64,000 nt of DNA, from the NCBI GenBank assembly GCA_964035575.1, contig OZ037848.1:62001-126000 (forward strand), in the 5' to 3' direction. Positions within the stretch are counted from its first letter, which is position 1; every line of letters starts with the position of its first letter. The stretch is from Rhynchopus sp. YZ270_cl-10 (lineage: Eukaryota). Below, in pieces: positions 1 to 12,978 of this stretch. The notes under the pieces are model-generated. The model saw only the letters and a list, made by a program, of their open reading frames with translations. It was not told where the DNA came from and did no database searches. The position numbers and the translations under genes are program-made.

Positions 1-714
1 GCCCGCAAGCAGACGTGTCACTTCTTGGACGGTTTCGATGGTGCGCTGCATTGCCTTCTGCTCCTCAAGGACCTGACGTGCGAAGCTTCTTGTTGCCAGG
101 AAGTCCAGAACAAAGGTGGCTGCGGCGATGAGAAACCCTTCCCAGGTTTCAGTCAACCCAAGGGCGCAGGGAGGTTTGTCACAGTCAGTCAACTTTGCAT
201 AGTATTTGTCACGGCTGCTTTGGGAGATGAGGCCCGGCATGTCGAAGATGCCAAAACGATAGGACGCCTCAGCAGTCATGAGGAAAAGCCACGCAAGGAA
301 AGCAAGCACGAACAACGTGGTCGTGCTGTGGTCGATGCGGAGCACCAGAAGCAGGTCCACCATCAGGACGAAGAGTGGCCAGGCTGCGTTGCCGGTCCCT
401 CGCGTGTGCAGGTCGCTCAGGGCAAAGGCGACGCTGAGCGAGGAGATGATGGTGACAAGGAAAGTATCGCTCAAGCGCTGCTTGCACATAATACGCACGA
501 CAACGAAAAGCGACAGAAGCGACGTTGTCAACGTTATCCCCCGCGCCACCCAGGTCCCTGACATCTCAATCTGCGCCAGCTGCATCGGCAATAAAAAAGA
601 CAGCAGCACCCCGCACCCACACGTCACGAAGAGCACACGCCGGTCACGCACTTCACACACAGGGGCGAGGCCATCTCGGGTCAATCCACGTTCCACATAC
701 TCTCGGATACGCAT
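1..714 (-). CDS. N-terminal multi-pass membrane region of a probable receptor-type adenylate/guanylate cyclase-family protein (runs off the left edge)
   Basis: Not in the ORF track; translated by hand from ATG at 714 (MRIREYVERG...). Several hydrophobic helices, then ...FVLDFLATRSFARQVLEEQKAMQRTIETVQEVTRLLAG, which resembles the signalling helix before class III cyclase domains in euglenozoan proteins. The catalytic domain is not in the window. Confidence 0.6.
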   Translation of the reverse strand, partial: MRIREYVERGLTRDGLAPVCEVRDRRVLFVTCGCGVLLSFLLPMQLAQIEMSGTWVARGITLTTSLLSLFVVVRIMCKQRLSDTFLVTIISSLSVAFALSDLHTRGTGNAAWPLFVLMVDLLLVLRIDHSTTTLFVLAFLAWLFLMTAEASYRFGIFDMPGLISQSSRDKYYAKLTDCDKPPCALGLTETWEGFLIAAATFVLDFLATRSFARQVLEEQKAMQRTIETVQEVTRLLAG

Positions 715-1964
715 TAGAAAGAATCAAAGGGAAGTGTGTATCAGTGTTCACAAAACTTTGGTACTTCTACGGGATATGTTCCCGACAGTGCGCTATCTGT
801 TTGAGGCTGTGTAGTTCTTTAGGAAATACAACTGCGGGGAGCTGGGGTGACAACATATGGTTCCTTTATAAGAGTCAAAACTGAAAAAGGATTTCTTTTT
901 ACTTCTTTGAATTCGTTTTTTAAAACAACAGAAAAAAAAGGGGGTGAAGGGGGAAGGGGAAGGGGAGGGGTATGAACAGAAGGGGGGAAACACCGTACCC
1001 CCTTCTCCCCCCCCGGGAACATAACAACAGAAAAACTTCACAACTGCAGAAAAGGAAGTTGATCTCCGAGGGGTTGTGGACTGCATTTGTGTGTCGTTTA
1101 CAGGGGGAAATATACTGGCGGGCACAGTTATTTATCCGGCCTGTTTTTAAGGATTGGGGGGGTGATCACATTTTTTTTTAATGGGTGCTTGGCAAGTCCT
1201 TGACAGGGGCCCACGGTATACTTATTTTTTTTGAGAAAGAAAAAAAACAGTATATTACAGACACAAATGGGTCTCACACAAGGAGAGACAATTTTGTGGT
1301 GATTTTTTTTTGGTCTTTGCGTTTCTTTTTCTCTGGAAAAAAAACTGAAAATGATTTTCTTTTAAAACTTGTTTGACAGGGTAAAATCCGCAAAACCCAT
1401 TTTTGAATCCCTGAGCAGAACATGGAAAAAAAAAAAACAATTTCGAAAAAAGAGAAAAAGAGAAATGCGAAATGGAATAAGTGCAATGTCTTGAGACAGC
1501 GGCACCAGGGCGGAGGGGAAGGGAAAATAACGAATAATTGACAAACCGAATTTTGACTGAAAAAATTTTGGGAAAAGAGAGAGGGTTAAGTTAAGAGAAG
1601 GAACCCACAGGGCACTGGGTGGCTGAAACAGCACACCATCGAATCTCTCTTGGATTTTGTTATGTTGCGTCGACAATCCCACACCAAGATGGGTTATGTT
1701 CTTCAAAGCCACCCAAAAAGATTTCGATACTTTTGTATTGTCGACAATCACACCAACTGGGTAATCTGTACTCAGTATCGGCAGAAGCCTGCAGAAAGGC
1801 ACATACTTTAAAATACTTTGTTAGAAACGTGCATCCATGCAAGCAGTCCACACATCATGTTGTTAGAGTACCACCTCTTTTAGTTGTGCGCTTAGTCATT
1901 TAAAAAAAGATGAATGCACCTGGTACATACACCAAAAATAAAACTAGAAACAGTATTTCATGTA

Positions 1965-2660
1965 CCTACCCTCCCCCGTGCATAAGTCCGACCCTCATTA
2001 CCCGTGCATAAGTCCGATGACCCGTGTATAAGTCCGGGCAGATTTGGGCTCAGGATCGGACTTATGCACAGGCCGACTTATGCACCGGTTTTGTGTACTG
2101 GTGGTGGGGAGAAATATTTTTAGAGCGTTTTCCCCGCTCGCGAAGCGAGCGGGGAAAAAAAATTGGGGTGTTTTTCCGCGAGCGAAGCGAGCGCAATTTT
2201 ATTTTTATTGGCAATGCATTCACCAGGGATCATCTTCACGCTTCTCATGTCAAAACATCATCCTCACAATTCTCAAAGATGTGAACCTGTACTGCAAAAT
2301 TGTGGAAAACTTTGCACCCCAAACAGTCTCAACAGACAAAAGGTGCCCCTTGGGTGTTGGTTCTCATGTTTGATACCTGCACAGCAGGCATTCCTCTGAG
2401 TCCAACGCTGTTTGGACTACCTGCGGCGTTGTACCGAAGGTGCACGAAGACAGGGTAAAATTTTGTGGTGTCACATTCCCTCATGTGTGGGTCACTCACA
2501 CTGAGGTCATGTGACACTGCATGGGTCTGGGTACCTGGGTGCACGGTGTATAAGTCCGATACCCGTGCATAAGTCTGATACCCCGTGTATAAGTCCGGAG
2601 GCCCTCAGCACCCCCAAAAATCGGACTTATACGCAGACTTATGCACGGGGGGGGGGTAGG
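1965..2660. mobile_element. Non-autonomous Tc1/mariner (pogo/Tigger-like) MITE, ~696 bp
   Basis: TIRs cctaccc..cccgtgcataagtc / gacttatgcacggg..gggtagg. TA on both sides (1963-64, 2661-62). Repeated subterminal motif gtgYataagtccg in both orientations. Confidence 0.8.
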
Positions 2661-2727
2661 TACTTTCTTTTCCTGCACTACGTCTGCGTCGAGTGCACGA
2701 ACAGAAAAAAGAAGAAGAATCGTTTAT

Positions 2728-2759
2728 AAGATGAGCCTAAGCCTCTGCTTAGTCACCTT
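2728..2759 (-). other. Representative copy of dispersed hairpin family A (~25 copies in the window)
   Basis: Plus-strand consensus AAGATGAACCTAAGC-CTCTCGT-GCTTAGTCACCTT. Other clear copies at 14669, 16348, 28640, 44452, 52920, 56566, 61375 and 61966. Confidence 0.7.
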
Positions 2760-4366
2760 CGAAAAAGAAGAAAAAAGACAGACGGTGCTGATCTGATCCC
2801 CATCTCGTTAGCTACCTTGATACCTAAATAGATGGATGGATACGACAGAAGAGAGACACAAAACACACAACAGACAAACAAGCTTAACCAAACAAAACAA
2901 ACGAAGCATTTCTCCCAACGATTTGGCGGGGAGGACTTCACAAGACACACGAGGAAGGTGAAAGCTGTTGTTTGTCAGAGTGCGAGGGGGGCGTTGTTTC
3001 GTACGTATTTTTATTTTTTTGTAAGAAAAGGTCAGGTTATCCCCCCTTTGCAAGCCACCATTTATACGATCTGACGGTCAGCCCTACAATATGGCGCACG
3101 CAGCGGGGAGGGGAAAGTTGAAACTGTGCAGACCCTGATATGCAGGAGGGGAACGTACAATAAAATAAAACAAAAGAACAGCTGAAAAGATGAATGTGCC
3201 TCACAATGCACATCAACTTCAAATGTCAATCAATATTCTGCCAAAAACTGATAGCCCTTGATATAGGGGGGAGGAAAGAAAAAAAGGTGCACATTTTTAA
3301 ATATCGTTTTGGTTTGTCTGCAGACACAAGAGATGTGCTCCCTCAGTTGTCAACAGATGGAAACAGCACATCCTTTACCACTCTCGCCGAGAGTGGTAAA
3401 AAACATGCATGCTCCATTTAAAAAATCTATGGGGGAAAAACACGAAAAATCCAAGATGGGGGGCTTTTTCTCTTTGTGAATTGTTTCACTCCAGGCACAG
3501 AAGTTATGACCCACACTTTCTTTTTTGTCTGGAAGCTAATTCACACCCCACCTTGATGAGCGAAAAAAAAAATTGGACGATATTTGTTATTAGCAAAGAC
3601 GTCGGTTGTGTGCGCTATATCACCTTCCAAAAAGGTGACTACTTACCGACAGCAACCTCGTCCCTGCGTGTAACAGATGATATAAAAGGTCTCAGCTAAC
3701 GCCGGTGTTGTTGTTTGAAAACTTAATTGTATTAGTGGATGCGCTCCGTGGTGCACTATACAAAAAAGTTTAATCAAACAGACAATTCCAAATCATGCTT
3801 TTGGTTTCCGGTTTGTTTCCCCAAAGCACGTCTTCCAATATTTTTTAGTAATGACTAACTAAAAGATGTTGTTATGTCCACCTGATTTTGCCCCAAAAAA
3901 AAAACCGGCTTTTGGCCCTATCCGGTCTATCCTTGCCCTATCCGGCCATATCCGGGCCTATCCGGACCTATCCGGACCTATCCGCGCCTATCCGCGGGGT
4001 CGAAAAATCTTTTATTTTTCACCCCAACAACAACGATAAAGCGTGAAGACAATAGATAAAAGCAAATAAGTAATTTTTAGGTTTTGTGAGGCACTCAACG
4101 AAGTGTGCCGGCTCTGTGGCGTCACGGAGCCACCAACACTCCCCAGTCATTTTTCCTGCGCATCCAGGAAAACTCGCAGTATGCGACCAGGAAACGAAAA
4201 AATTTTTCTTCACAGTAACAAAGTGTGAGGAAGAAGAAAAGAAAGCGAATAAAAACGAAAAAACAGTGTTTTTCTGAATGTGATGTTGTTGTTGGGGTGA
4301 GGAGAATAAAACAGTTCCAAGAAAAGCTCCTGCCGGTTTTCTTTTGGTTAAGAAAAAAACTATTTT

Positions 4367-4491
4367 TGTACTGTGTACTGTGTACTGTGTACTGTGTACT
4401 GTGTACTGTGTACTGTGTACTGTGTACTGTGTACTGTGTACTGTGTACTGTGTACTGTGTACTGTGTACTGTGTACTGTGTACTGTGTACT
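4367..4491. repeat. (TGTACTG)n 7-bp microsatellite, ~17 units
   Basis: Perfect tandem array, read directly. Confidence 0.95.
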
Positions 4492-5223
4492 CCTTGTAGG
4501 GTTTTGTTGCCTTTTGGCACATGAATTTTGCGCCCAGTGTTGTGTTCACTGCTCTGAAGGTGCTGGCTCTCATCTACCGATGCATGGGGTAAGTGACACA
4601 GCGTCTGACCCGCCATCTGTAATCTTCTGGTTTCAACACTGCCTTTCAGTTCTGCATGCTGCATTCGCAGCGTCCCGAGCGTCTCACAACCTCTTATTAC
4701 TCTTTGCCTGAGAAGGATGTGTTTGGACTCACTCAAACACCGTTCATCACTCTTGTGCCAAAGAAAACATCGGACAAACAGTACAAGTTCACGGGAGCAA
4801 AGGGGTGGACCCCTCCCTCTGCGCGTATCGCACTAACGTAGCGAAGAAGATCCAGAGGTGTGCAGAACGTGATGCGGTCTATTTTCCGACAAAAAAGACG
4901 AAGGATAGTGCGCGTGACCAGTCGTTCAATGGTGTGCTAATTTCGTCGCAAGATTTTGCACTGGAAGTTGAAGAACACTGCAAATGGTTCAACACAGATG
5001 AGGTTTGTCTCACAGTATTGATGTGCTCCACAACGGCAAGCCCTATCAAATATGAGAAGAGTGCTGAATGACTCTGGGGGCATGCGGATGACAAAAGATC
5101 ATCTGCGGGGTGGAACAGCAGCCCGAAACTTCCACAGCCCAATCCGACTTCCTCTTCCAACCCTTTGTCTTGGAGTTTGAGGCGAAGATTACTGCCGAGA
5201 ATGAAACAGATCTCTAACGTAGC

Positions 5224-5569
5224 TACCCAGTACCCAGTACCCAGTACCCAGTACCCAGTACCCAGTACCCAGTACCCAGTACCCAGTACCCAGTACCCAG
5301 TACCCAGTACCCAGTACCCAGTACCCAGTACCCAGTACCCAGTACCCAGTACCCAGTACCCAGTACCCAGTACCCAGTACCCAGTACCCAGTACCCAGTA
5401 CCCAGTACCCAGTACCCAGTACCCAGTACCCAGTACCCAGTACCCAGTACCCAGTACCCAGTACCCAGTACCCAGTACCCAGTACCCAGTACCCAGTACC
5501 CAGTACCCAGTACCCAGTACCCAGTACCCAGTGCCCAGTGCCCAGTGCCCAGTACACAGTACACAGTAC
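5224..5569. repeat. (TACCCAG)n 7-bp microsatellite, >40 units, grading into (TACACAG)
   Basis: Tandem array. The terminal units are the exact reverse complement of the 4367 array. Confidence 0.95.
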
Positions 5570-5756
5570 GTATGGGAAAAATACGTGGGGTTTGGCCTGT
5601 ACGGTCCTATCCGGCCATATCCGGCCCTATCCGGGCCTATCCGGACCTATCCGCGCCTATCCGGACCTATCCGCGGGGTAAAAATCAGGTGGTATGTAAA
5701 AAAATAAAAGGAAAAAACGGAACACAAGAAAAATTGAAAAAGGTGAGCAGGGGGGG

Positions 5757-6806
5757 TGTAGGGGGCACAGCGCTTAAGGAAATCCTTAAGGACCCTCTGT
5801 AACGCTCGTGTTTTTTCAAGAATTTTTTGAAAAAAAGTCATACAACCCGCCAAGGTGGGTCTACCTGGTCCCAAAGTGGCCTAAAATTCGTCGATTCTGC
5901 CCAATGAAACACCAAACAACCAAAACTGAGCGTTTATTTTCGGAAAAAATTCACTTTTTTTTCGAAAAAACGGCTCCGAAAATAGTAAGATTTTAGTAAG
6001 ATTTCCTTTAGGAATGTAACGCTTTCAAAAAAATGGATCCGGGAGCACGGTTTTTCTTCTAAGGTGCCGAAAACCACCCCACGTCCCCTCCGGTGAGGTC
6101 CGGCAGTGGAAATATGTAGGTTTCGAAGCTTTTGGGCGTCCAGATTGGGGCCCGAGCGTGTATTTGAGTGGATGAGACAGAAAAGGGGGCAGTTTTTACC
6201 TCGTTTTTTAGCCCTTTTCGTTACCCCAAAACCCAAAAATCGCCTACAAAACGTCCATAGAAGGCACCAATACCCCCGGGGTTGATCTTAGATACCTTAT
6301 GGGGGTTGAAAAATCGTATTTACAACCATTTTCTGGTCGATTTTGGTGCCCGGAGGTCCAAATAGAAGGTGTGTAACGCTTTGGTAAGGCTTTCTCCTCC
6401 CCGGCTAAAATGTGGTTTTTGTGTATAAAAAAAATTCAATATTTTCAGCGAAGACATTGAAAAAACTGGACTTTTGGCCCCAAAACCCCCCGGAAATCAC
6501 TCTGTGCACACATCTGACTGGAAAAAACCACTTTTCCTCTTGTTTTGGACTATTTTAAATTTTTGATTTTTTTGATAAATCGCCCTGTATCAAGTCCCCT
6601 CTGAAAAAGGGGGAAATTGGGTGAAAACGTGACAAAAAGTGTCAAAAAATCGGGGGGGAAAGTGCCAAAAGGCATCAAAAAGTAAGAAATAGTCCCACAA
6701 ATGTGTTTTCTGGGGTGGTTTTGTGTTTTCGGATATTTTTTTTTACACTTTTTCATGATTTTTTGTTGAGTGTTACAGAAAAAAGGGCCTCGCCGCGCTC
6801 CCTACA
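5757..6806. mobile_element. Putative non-autonomous element with TGT...ACA termini
   Basis: Imperfect 16-bp TIR: tgtagggggcacagcg vs reverse complement tgtagggagcgcggcg (13/16). G7 runs on both flanks. No credible ORF inside. Confidence 0.5.
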
Positions 6807-8840
6807 GGGGGGGTGGGCTCACAAAATACCCAAAAACTTGTTGGGCTTTGTAACCCACCTTTTTTTTTCCCTCAGGCCAGGGTGGAGGTATGCTTTCATT
6901 TTCTCAGAATCTTTCAAACAAAAAAGGGGGATTTTATAAAATGTGAATTGAAAGGTGCAATGGGGGGTAAAGCTGATTGTAAGCAGAATGGGGGTTTTTT
7001 TGCGCGACACATCAAAGCTAATAAACCCCCAAAAGGAGAAGCACGCCACATCGATAAAACACACATAAAAAGTAACGTAAAATAAAGAAAACTAAGATGA
7101 ATACCTCATGCACACACATCTTTGCCACTATCGTCCTAGCGCTGAGACACGCTGGGTGTGAAGATGGGTTGTCTCATTGTCACACAGACTTGCACTCTAG
7201 GTCCGCACCGGAGAGAGGGGTTTTCAGACGCATCGTACACTACTCCACGTGCGTCCAAACACCTCACCGAACGGCCATACTCTGGCTCAGGATTGAACAC
7301 CGTAAAGGTGTGCACCGCACGTAGTCAGTGCTGCGCCTCACAGTGGCGTACTTGGCGCGTTTCTGCGCCGTGTTCTCTGATAGTCCAGAGGTAGGGGGAG
7401 CTGCTGCAGGTGGCATAGGGGGGGGGTGTCGAAGCCGGGGCAGATCTTCAGCTCAACGCATCTCCGCCGCACCCTCAACCAAGCAGCAGGGTCGTGTCTG
7501 AGAGACCCAGCTTGGGGTTGTCCTTGTCGCCGAAGTGCAAATAAAAAAAAAAAAATGACAATATTTTCAGTCGATGGAATTTTGTCCATCTTTCCAAAAG
7601 AAAAAAAAAACAAACAAAACAAAACTTGGAAAAAATGAATGTGCTGTGTGTGCACACATATTTTCCACTTTTCCTTTAACGTGCGGGGTGGAGGGGGAAA
7701 ACACGTTTTGAGGACAACAAATTTAAACAAAGTTGAGAGTGCAAGCGACTCTGGGACGCAGGCACTGATGCTCCTGACAAAGAGAGAACATTTGGTCATG
7801 AACCTAAGCCTCTTGGGCAACCTTCAAAAAACGACAAAAAGAACTGCAGAAGGATAAGAGTTGTGTGTTACAGTGTAGCAACAAAAAAGGAAACGTGAAG
7901 ATGAATATGCTTCTTGTGCACACGCATCGAAAAAAAAAAATAATGTGCAGACCTTGCGTGGCTAACCGTTTTCAGATTATCAAAAAGAGAACCTCACGGA
8001 CAAAAAAAATCACGTCAGCAGACGTCATAGTTGAAGTCGTTGGGTTTTTTTTTTTGCATTGGCTCAAAACGAAAGCCATACGTTGCAGATGATGTCAAGC
8101 GTCTCGTGTTTAGTAACTTCCAGCTCTGCGTTGTAATGGTTACATTCACAGAAAGCATTGAGGGTGTAACACATACGTAATGGAAGAGCTGCGTAGGTGA
8201 CTGATGAGAGGTTTGATGGGCGTGTGGGACGCAATATTAAATTATTTGCTCCCCACTTGCATCCAAAGGAAAAACAGAGTCGTTGAGTGTCAGTGACGGC
8301 ACTTCCGGCGACTGCCTGTTTTGCTCTTGACATTTCTAACGGGGGAAAAAAAAACACTTGAAAATTCAAAAAGTTGGTAGACAGTCTGTACAAAAAAGGA
8401 AAATATGTAATAAGACGATCAGCCTCTGGTGCTAGAATCACATTAAAGAAAATGCGAAGTTGACAGTGAAAACGCCGGGGCGCAGACACGAGAAAAAAAA
8501 GGGGGGATAAAGCTTGTAAGTTGAATGTGTACAACACATCTTAATTAAAAAGGAGAAAAAACAACCGATATGTCGTTTTGATATAGGGTCGGAGGGGACC
8601 GGGGGAACAAAAAAAAAAATGATTAAAAGTACACAACAAAACATGCATTTCATTGTGCCTCCACACAGATCTAAAAAAAAATTAATCCCCGTATTCTTGA
8701 TTTCGTTATTACCCCTTATTCCCAATACCCCCCCATATTCCCCCATCCCACAGAACCGCCTCCATGATACGACCTACTATTGGTCAAAAATGGCAACGAA
8801 TCCACAACCCAATATCCCCCAGCCATTTTGATTTCCCTAT

Positions 8841-9482
8841 TTACACCTTCATTGCCTTGATGCTGTCTGACTGCGGGGGTGGACCCACCTCGTCGTCGTC
8901 TTGTATTATACTTTCGAGGTCTGCGTATCCCCCAGGGCACTCCCAATTCTCACGCTTTGACACGCATATGAGATACGCCGCAAGCTCCGAGATGACGATG
9001 AACGCAACCAGGAACATACCATAGCCGGGACACGCTGTTTCCGAGACAGTGGTCGCACAGAGGGAGGCGCGGAACAGAACCACCATGCACATAAGAAGAC
9101 ACATCGAAAAGACGGATGCAAAGACGTGAAGATACTCTGCCGCAGAAGCGAAGAAGCGGTGCACCGTGTGGCCCTTCCCCGCCGCCTGCACGATGTGCAC
9201 AAAATACGCTATCCCGATGCAAGAAATGACCATGATAGCGAGGGCCCGCGACCCAAAGATGAGGGTGTCTCGTTTCCCGCAGGTTCCGTCTGCACTGTCG
9301 ACACGCCCTTCGCCTTCGCCGACACGTTCCCAACAGACGAACATGCCGCAGCTTTTGGGAGTCTTAGATTGAATGTTCCAGTCGTTCGTGGTGTAGAGGC
9401 TGTCAGACTCCGAGAGAATGATGACGATGCAGATCATGCCAGCCATGCAGAGGTGCAGCAGCATCACTGCCCAGACGTCCAT
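8841..9482 (-). CDS. Amastin/claudin-like four-TM membrane protein (213 aa)
   Basis: Likely start MDVWAVML at 9482. Four hydrophobic segments, Cys-containing first loop (SCGMFVCW...TCGKRDTLIFGSRALAIMVI) and an acidic C-terminal tail. Confidence 0.7.
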   Translation of the reverse strand: MDVWAVMLLHLCMAGMICIVIILSESDSLYTTNDWNIQSKTPKSCGMFVCWERVGEGEGRVDSADGTCGKRDTLIFGSRALAIMVISCIGIAYFVHIVQAAGKGHTVHRFFASAAEYLHVFASVFSMCLLMCMVVLFRASLCATTVSETACPGYGMFLVAFIVISELAAYLICVSKRENWECPGGYADLESIIQDDDEVGPPPQSDSIKAMKV

Positions 9483-10041
9483 TGTGTGGTTGTTTTTTTG
9501 TTTCTGGGGTGGTGTGGTTTTCCTTTGGGTTTCTTTAAACGGGTGAAACCCTTTATTTTGGTTTAACTGTGGGAACAAAAGCAAAGAATGGGTCACCTGA
9601 AAAGGGCAACCTGATAGGGGACGGTGTGAGACGATACTGAGACTGAGTAGGTGGGAATATCGTGCAAGGCGAAGACAGGGACATGCAGGAAACTGCGTTG
9701 CACTGACAACACGACAGAGCAGTACTGACACGGTAAGCCTTTTGGGAGCATTGGCTGATCTAAAGCAAAACACCTTTCACACATGCAATGTTCATACTAT
9801 AAAAGGGGTATGGGGGAAGGGTTGCATTGTTGAAGGCTTCCCACCCCAGATCTCACCAGCAAAAAAAAGACATATGGGGACTCTAAAGACTGCTAAAGGC
9901 GCAACGAGGTTATGCGAGTGAGAGTTTGATGCACCCACGCTACTTCCAAAGAAAGCTGAAAAGTGTCAGAAAACCACGTCCATGAACACATCCACAACCT
10001 TTCCTATCGATCTGAGGTATGTCAGTTCGGTACTGTACTCC

Positions 10042-11583
10042 TCACAGCCGCTCGTACTCTTCCTCTGGCGACAGGTCATCGCACGCAGCGTTGCTGTCCA
10101 GCGTATCATCCTCACCACCACCATCACCCCCATACGCTACACCGTCCAGCGGCAGCACCTCGGTGAAGACACCCAGGCCCTGTGGACGTGCAACACCACT
10201 CCCACCGATACCACTTCCCTCCCGCACCAAGGGATACGCAGACACACCGTCGCCACGTGCAGGGATGACATCAAGGGTGGTAAAGAAGAGAAGCAGGTGT
10301 GGGAAGCGGAGGCCGCCGCGTGCAGTGTTGACGAGGGTGGTCGCGGGGAGGTGTTGTGTGGGAGCTGCGGCACCCTTCTTATCTTTGCCCGCCTTCTTGG
10401 CAGGCTGCGCACCTTCCTGCGTGCCTTTGGCAGACCCTCCCTTCAGCACATCAGCTGCCTTCAGAGCGCCGTTCTCAGCCTCATCAGCCTTCTGATCATA
10501 ACGTTTGGGGCCATCTATTCCATCCTTCGGGTTGATCGTAACATCCACATCCCGACCTTGGTGCCCTTTTGCGTTCTTGTCATCCGCATTGACAGTGAGC
10601 AGACACATTGTCCCCGCAACAGCTTCTGCAGCCGTCATCGTTGTGCCCTGCGCACACATGCGACGCAGCTCCTCCAACACCTCCCTCCCCGCTGCATGCT
10701 CCTCTGCACTCTTCGTCTCGACCACAGCAACGTTCAACACCTCATACACCCTCTGCTTCGCAGCCATCCATTGTATGTAGTACGCAAAATCGGCGTCAGA
10801 AATGGCTTCAAAATTATTGACCCGACCGGCCTTGCCGCTTGACGTTACATTAGAAAAGAGGATTAGATGGTAAAAACTGGATTGTTTTGGTGCACTTTCT
10901 TGCGGCATAAAGGTACACACAACTTCGTCAGGACAATGAATCGAAGGAGACCGCGTATCGGAATCAAGAAAGCGAGACAAATCTGCCAGGTTTTCTATGA
11001 ACGTTAATGTACCGCCTATTTCATTAAAGATGAATTCCTGCACACCACGTTGATTTGCGAGAATTGGTGCAGTAAACTGCGAGGACGTTCCCTCCTTACG
11101 AACTCTCGGGAAACAGTTTATGAGCGACACCGTTTTCGAGATGGCAATCACGTTGAGCGTTTTTTCTGCTTCCTTTGCGAGATCGACCCCGGATGGATGC
11201 GTGAGGTTGACAGCACCAAAGCGCACTGCACCGTGGAGGCTGTGCGACCATGCAAATAGATCGTCGGTGATAAGATGCGAATCTTGGTTGAACCATTCGA
11301 CAATCCACAGCGCCCCAGACCTCGCAATGCCTGCCGCATCAGGAGCGGCAGAAGGCTCCTCCCCATCCACCCCCACATCAACAGGAATCCCCAACCAACT
11401 GTTCCCCCTCCTCCCACGCCCCATCATACGCTGTGTCACCGCTTCCTCCTGCTCCGCAAGCAGTGCCTCCAGCATTTCATCCACAAGATGCACTTCATGA
11501 ATCGTATACTCAGAAGCAGAAGAGGAGGAAGACCCCTCTTCACAGACACACGGAACCAGAAATACGAACCATAGAAGTTTCAT
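10042..11583 (-). CDS. Secretory-pathway protein with a redox-inactive thioredoxin/PDI-like domain
   Basis: Signal peptide MKLLWFVFLVPCVC. ALWIVEWF...LHGAVRFGAVN resembles the PDI a-domain but lacks CxxC. Acidic C-terminus ending YERL. Confidence 0.6.
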   Translation of the reverse strand: MKLLWFVFLVPCVCEEGSSSSSASEYTIHEVHLVDEMLEALLAEQEEAVTQRMMGRGRRGNSWLGIPVDVGVDGEEPSAAPDAAGIARSGALWIVEWFNQDSHLITDDLFAWSHSLHGAVRFGAVNLTHPSGVDLAKEAEKTLNVIAISKTVSLINCFPRVRKEGTSSQFTAPILANQRGVQEFIFNEIGGTLTFIENLADLSRFLDSDTRSPSIHCPDEVVCTFMPQESAPKQSSFYHLILFSNVTSSGKAGRVNNFEAISDADFAYYIQWMAAKQRVYEVLNVAVVETKSAEEHAAGREVLEELRRMCAQGTTMTAAEAVAGTMCLLTVNADDKNAKGHQGRDVDVTINPKDGIDGPKRYDQKADEAENGALKAADVLKGGSAKGTQEGAQPAKKAGKDKKGAAAPTQHLPATTLVNTARGGLRFPHLLLFFTTLDVIPARGDGVSAYPLVREGSGIGGSGVARPQGLGVFTEVLPLDGVAYGGDGGGEDDTLDSNAACDDLSPEEEYERL

Positions 11584-12978
11584 TATTTGAAAAAACAAAA
11601 TTCAATTCATTTCTGTGAGAGGAGGGGGTAAATTGATAGGAACATCTGCAACAAAACCAATATATGCAATAAACACTCCAAAATCCATAGGGAGAGACCC
11701 TAGCTAAAGGTGGTTTTCCCTTTGTAATTCCTTCAGGAAGACCCCTATTCGAAGGGATGACAAAACAATTCTGACAGTGTAACCAGCAAAAACGTGTCAC
11801 AGAACCGCCTGTCTACTTCAGTACAAAGGGGCGGGAGGTGTTGTAGGGACGTTTTAAAATTGAAGCCCCTTTTTTTTTGAAAAATGAAACTTAATGAACA
11901 AAAGAAGAATACGTGCAGTGTCGAGAGTTGGGTCGTCACGTTTGGGGGAGGGGGGGTTTTACTGATAGAGTTGGGGGGGCTTCAGAAAGTGGATGGGGTG
12001 AAGATGAAGGCGAAAAAGGTAAGGAGAGATGACGTAGAGAGAGAGACAGAAGAAGAAGAAAAATCATGCGCAACAAAATGGACAACAAATGATCTTTTTT
12101 TGTCAAAAAAAGAAAAAAGAAAAAAGAAAAAAAACACAGCTTACCCTTTGAGACCCAGAGGGGGTGGCGACTTTTGGGATTAAAATCGGGGTACCCACAG
12201 GAGGAAGGTGAGTCATGTGGCCCCATTCACAAAAATAAAAGTGAGGGCGGAATCGAAATATTTCGTAACATCTGAATCGTGCAGAGTGCACAACAAAAAA
12301 AAATAAAAAAGACAGGAGACATTTGCACCTCTCGTGCACAATTCATAAAATAAAAGTATCAGAAAACATTACAGCTTTAGTAGTGCACACACCCCTCAAG
12401 ATACTTGTGTGCACTAGCCACCCTCATTTAAGGCTCAAGAAGAAAAGGGGCAAAAACGCCACATTCTCGGAAAAACCCTACCAACAACACGTTTTCCTTC
12501 GTTCTCTTTCCCCCGAGTATGATGGCCAATGGGAGGAGGGGGTGAGGGGGGAACGGGGTACCTTTGAAGAAAGTCCCCCTTCGCCACGCTCACTCCCCAG
12601 GTCCCTTCGGCAATGGGTTCGAGGAAAAGAGGAGGGAAAAAATGTTGTTTGGTTTTTTGCGTTCCATTCTCTCATCTGCATTTTTGTGGATCAGAGAGAG
12701 AAGGCAACACACACCCACCACCAGATTATTTGAGCAACCCCAGCAGTGAGGACACCACCCCTTCCTTCCCCCTTTCTTACCGCACACCGACAAAGTCAGC
12801 GCTTTTTCTTTTTTGGTGTGAACAAAAGAGATTTTTATGTTTTCACAAAAGTCGCTTTTGTGTCGACAAGATTGCAAAAGAGTCTCATTGAAGTCTGTAA
12901 AATAATGCTTCTGTTTTCGATCACACCAATGTACGGGGGGGTCGGTGGTATTTACATGTATATAGGAGGAAGAGAATA

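Larger units (their letters stand above)
3878..5692. mobile_element. Non-autonomous TIR element with 5-bp TSD and 10-bp subterminal arrays
   Basis: TIR ccacctgatttt / aaaatcaggtgg. TSD tatgt at 3873-77 and 5693-97. (cctatccggN)n arrays at ~3915-3995 and ~5605-5675 in the same orientation. Confidence 0.8.

Noticed and set aside
2728..2759. Hairpin A as a SECIS element, snoRNA or hammerhead ribozyme
   Set aside because: AUGA is present on the plus strand, but the opposing GA and apical AA are absent; no C/D or AGA/ACA box arrangement and no CUGANGA/GAAA core
4019..5707. ORFs with (VHSTQYT)n, (YPVPSTQ)n and (GTGYWVL)n
   Set aside because: Stop-free frames through 7-bp microsatellites
7100..7530. 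GC-richer coding-like segment
   Set aside because: No long frame or recognisable motif; possibly a decayed fragment, not callable
9982..10842. Long plus-strand ORFs over minus-strand genes (also 25-814, 19830-20510, 48760-50238, 51154-52047)
   Set aside because: Antisense shadows of GC-rich coding sequence
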